Part shown: positions 61,850-64,000 of the stretch, piece by piece
Layout of the letters: every line of letters begins with the position of its first letter
Position numbering within the stretch: the stretch's first letter is position 1
Assembly (NCBI RefSeq): GCF_009834535.1
Contig: NC_045714.1
Coordinates: 16,430,001 to 16,494,000 of the forward strand
Origin: Camelus ferus
Lineage: Eukaryota
DNA: 64,000 nt
Direction: 5' to 3'
Notes under the pieces: generated by a model
Database searches by the model: none
Told to the model about the DNA's origin: nothing
Seen by the model: only the letters and a program-made list of their open reading frames with translations
Made by a program: the position numbers and the translations under genes

Positions 61850-63655
61850 TGATGACTAGAGAAGGTCCTTGAACATTTGTTGTAAAGCTGGTTTGGTGGT
61901 GCTGGAATCTTTTAGCTTTTGTTTATCTGTGAAGCTTTTGATTTCTCCCTCAAGTCTGAAAGAGAGCCTTGCTGCACAGTGTTCTTGGTTTTAAGTTTCC
62001 CCCTCGCATCACTTTAAATATATCGTGCGCTCCCTTCTGGCCTGCAGAGTTTCCGCTGAGAAATCAACTGATAACCTTATGGGAGTTGCCTTGTATGTTA
62101 TTTGTTGCTTTTCTCTCGCTAATTTTAACATTTTCTCCTTATCCTTAACTGTCAGTTTGATGACCATGTGCCTTGGTGTGTCCCTCTCTGGGTTGATCCT
62201 GTGTGGAACTCTCTGCACTTCCTGGACCTGGGTGACTGTGTCCTTTCCCAAGTTGGGGAAGTTTTGAGTGATTATCTCCCCCCAAATTTTCTCAGGTCCT
62301 TTCTCTCTTCTCTTCTCTTCCAGGGACCCCCATAATGTGAATATTAGAGTGCTTCATGTTGTCCCAGGGTTCTCTTAAACTATCTTCATTCCTTTTTATT
62401 CTTTTCCCTTTTTTCTGTTCTGCAGTAGTGATTTCCACTAATCTGTCTGCTGGCTCACTGATCCGTTATTCTGCCTCATTTAGTCTCATCTTGGTTCCTT
62501 CTAGTGGGTTGTTCATTTCAGTGATTTTGTTCTTCACCTCTGTTTGGATGTTCTTTATATTTTCCAACTCTTTGCTAAAAGCTTCACTTTGTGTATCTAT
62601 ACTCCTCTTGAGTTCTCTGATCATCTTGGCCATCATTACTTTAAACTCTTTCTCAGATAAATTGCCTATCTCCTCATCACTTATTTCTTCTTCTGGGATT
62701 TTATCCTGTGCCTTGGCCTGGGAGATACTCCTTTGCCATCTCATATTGTCTGTCTCTTTATGTGTGTGTGGATTCCTTCCACAGGCTTTGGAATTGTTGT
62801 TTTCTTATTTCTGTTATCTGCCCCTGGTGGATGAGGCTGGACTAGAGGCTTATGCAGGGTTCCTGGCAGGAGAAGCTGGTGCCTGCCCACTGCTGGGTGA
62901 AGCTCGGTCCTGGACCTCTGGTGGGTGGGCTGTGTCTAGAGGCCTTTGTGGCTCAGGAGGTCTGCCGATGGGTGGGGCTGTGTTCCCAGCCTGTATGTCG
63001 TCTGGCCTGAGGCTTCCCTACAGGCTGTCAGGTGGGGCTAGTTCTTGGTGCTGGTGATCCAATCGAGATGTCAGCCTCCAGGAAAGCTCATGTAGAGGAA
63101 CACCCCTGGAATGTCCGCCACCAGCTTTTATGTCCCCTGAGTGAGCCACAGCCGTCCCCCACGTCCCCAGGAGAGACCCTCCAGATCCAGCAGGCAGGCC
63201 TGGCCCAGGTTCCTGTGAAGTCACTGCCTCTGCCCTTGGACCCGGTGCACGTGAGTTTCCGTGTGCGCTTCCCAAGCGAATGGAGTCTCCGTTTCCCCCA
63301 GTCCCGTAAGGCTCCCAGAGCCAAGCCCCCGGCCTTCAAAACCAGATGTCCTGGGGTCTCCTTCTCTTCCCAGTGTCAGGACCCGAGCTCGGGAGCCTGG
63401 CGGGGGGCTCAGAGCTCTCACTCCTGTTGGGGGGCCTCTGTGATTTAACAGATCTTCAGTTTGTGGGTCACCCACCCGAAGGGTATGGGGCCCAATTATA
63501 TCGTGAGCACGCCCTTTCTACCGTCCTGCTGCGGTTCCCTCTTTATGTTTCCAGTTGCAGATCTTCCTTGCAGGTTCCGGTCTTTTTTGATGGTTGTTTA
63601 GTAGTCGGTTGTGGTTCTGTTGTCGCCGTGAGGAGAGGCGAGCTCGTGGTCCTCT
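61850..63655 (-). mobile_element. L1 5' UTR and frameshifted ORF1
   Basis: Translates to EEIGNLSEKEFKVMMAKMIREL and QVQEVQRVPHRINPERDTPRHMVIKL...ITYKATPIRLSVDFSAETLQARRE (ORF1p). Confidence 0.9.
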
Positions 63656-64000
63656 ACTTATTTTAATAGAGGTACTGGGGATTGAGCCCAGGGCCCGGTG
63701 CAGGCCGAGCTACTGCCGCCCCCGACAATTCCCTCATCTTCAGCTGGATGACACCTGTTTCCAGCACAGCGATAACGGTGAATGAGGGTAATGCACGTAA
63801 GTTGCCCGACATGCGCCCAGCACCAAGCAAACATTCAAACCAGCGTCAGTGGCCAGCAGGAACACCGGCTGCACGTGGCAGTACGGTTTAATGCTCACCA
63901 GCCACGCGACTCTCTTCCGGCATCCTGGCCACTCCGTCTGGAGGTAAGGGTGGGGGCGGAGAGCAAAGGGAAGGCAGTCACTGATCTTGGATTTCTCAGC

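Noticed and set aside
62356-63057. 233-aa hydrophobic ORF resembling a membrane protein
   Set aside because: It is the antisense reading of L1 ORF1
1-64000. CRISPR arrays, operons or other prokaryotic systems
   Set aside because: The sequence is intron-containing mammalian DNA with no repeat-spacer arrays

Overview
GC-rich mammalian genomic DNA, probably camelid (inferred only from the tRNA-derived SINE type), containing the type-2 cystatin (CST) gene cluster. I assembled eight genes by hand from splice sites, and all coding introns are phase 0. In order: exons 2-3 of a classical cystatin C-like gene (+; exon 1 lies upstream of the window), a CST9/CST9L-like gene present twice as a near-identical 3.7 kb inverted duplication (+ and -), CST13 (-), CST8/CRES (-), two CST12/15/16-like paralogs (-) that share an identical last exon, and CST11 (+). 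The order and orientation match my recollection of the human CSTL1-CST11-CST12P-CST8-CST13P-CST9L-CST9-CST3 locus read backwards, except for the inverted CST9-like copy. Intergenic DNA holds L1, LTR, SINE and MER5A relics and three assembly gaps. Most ORFs in the supplied track are spurious GC-rich frames. The main oddities are: the palindromic duplication with one-sided CpG/GC divergence; an ACG at the expected start codon of both copies; patchwork homogenisation between the CST12/16-like genes; and a recurring A/T-to-G/C pattern at start, stop and splice signals. Family assignments rest on remembered reference proteins, not on a database search.
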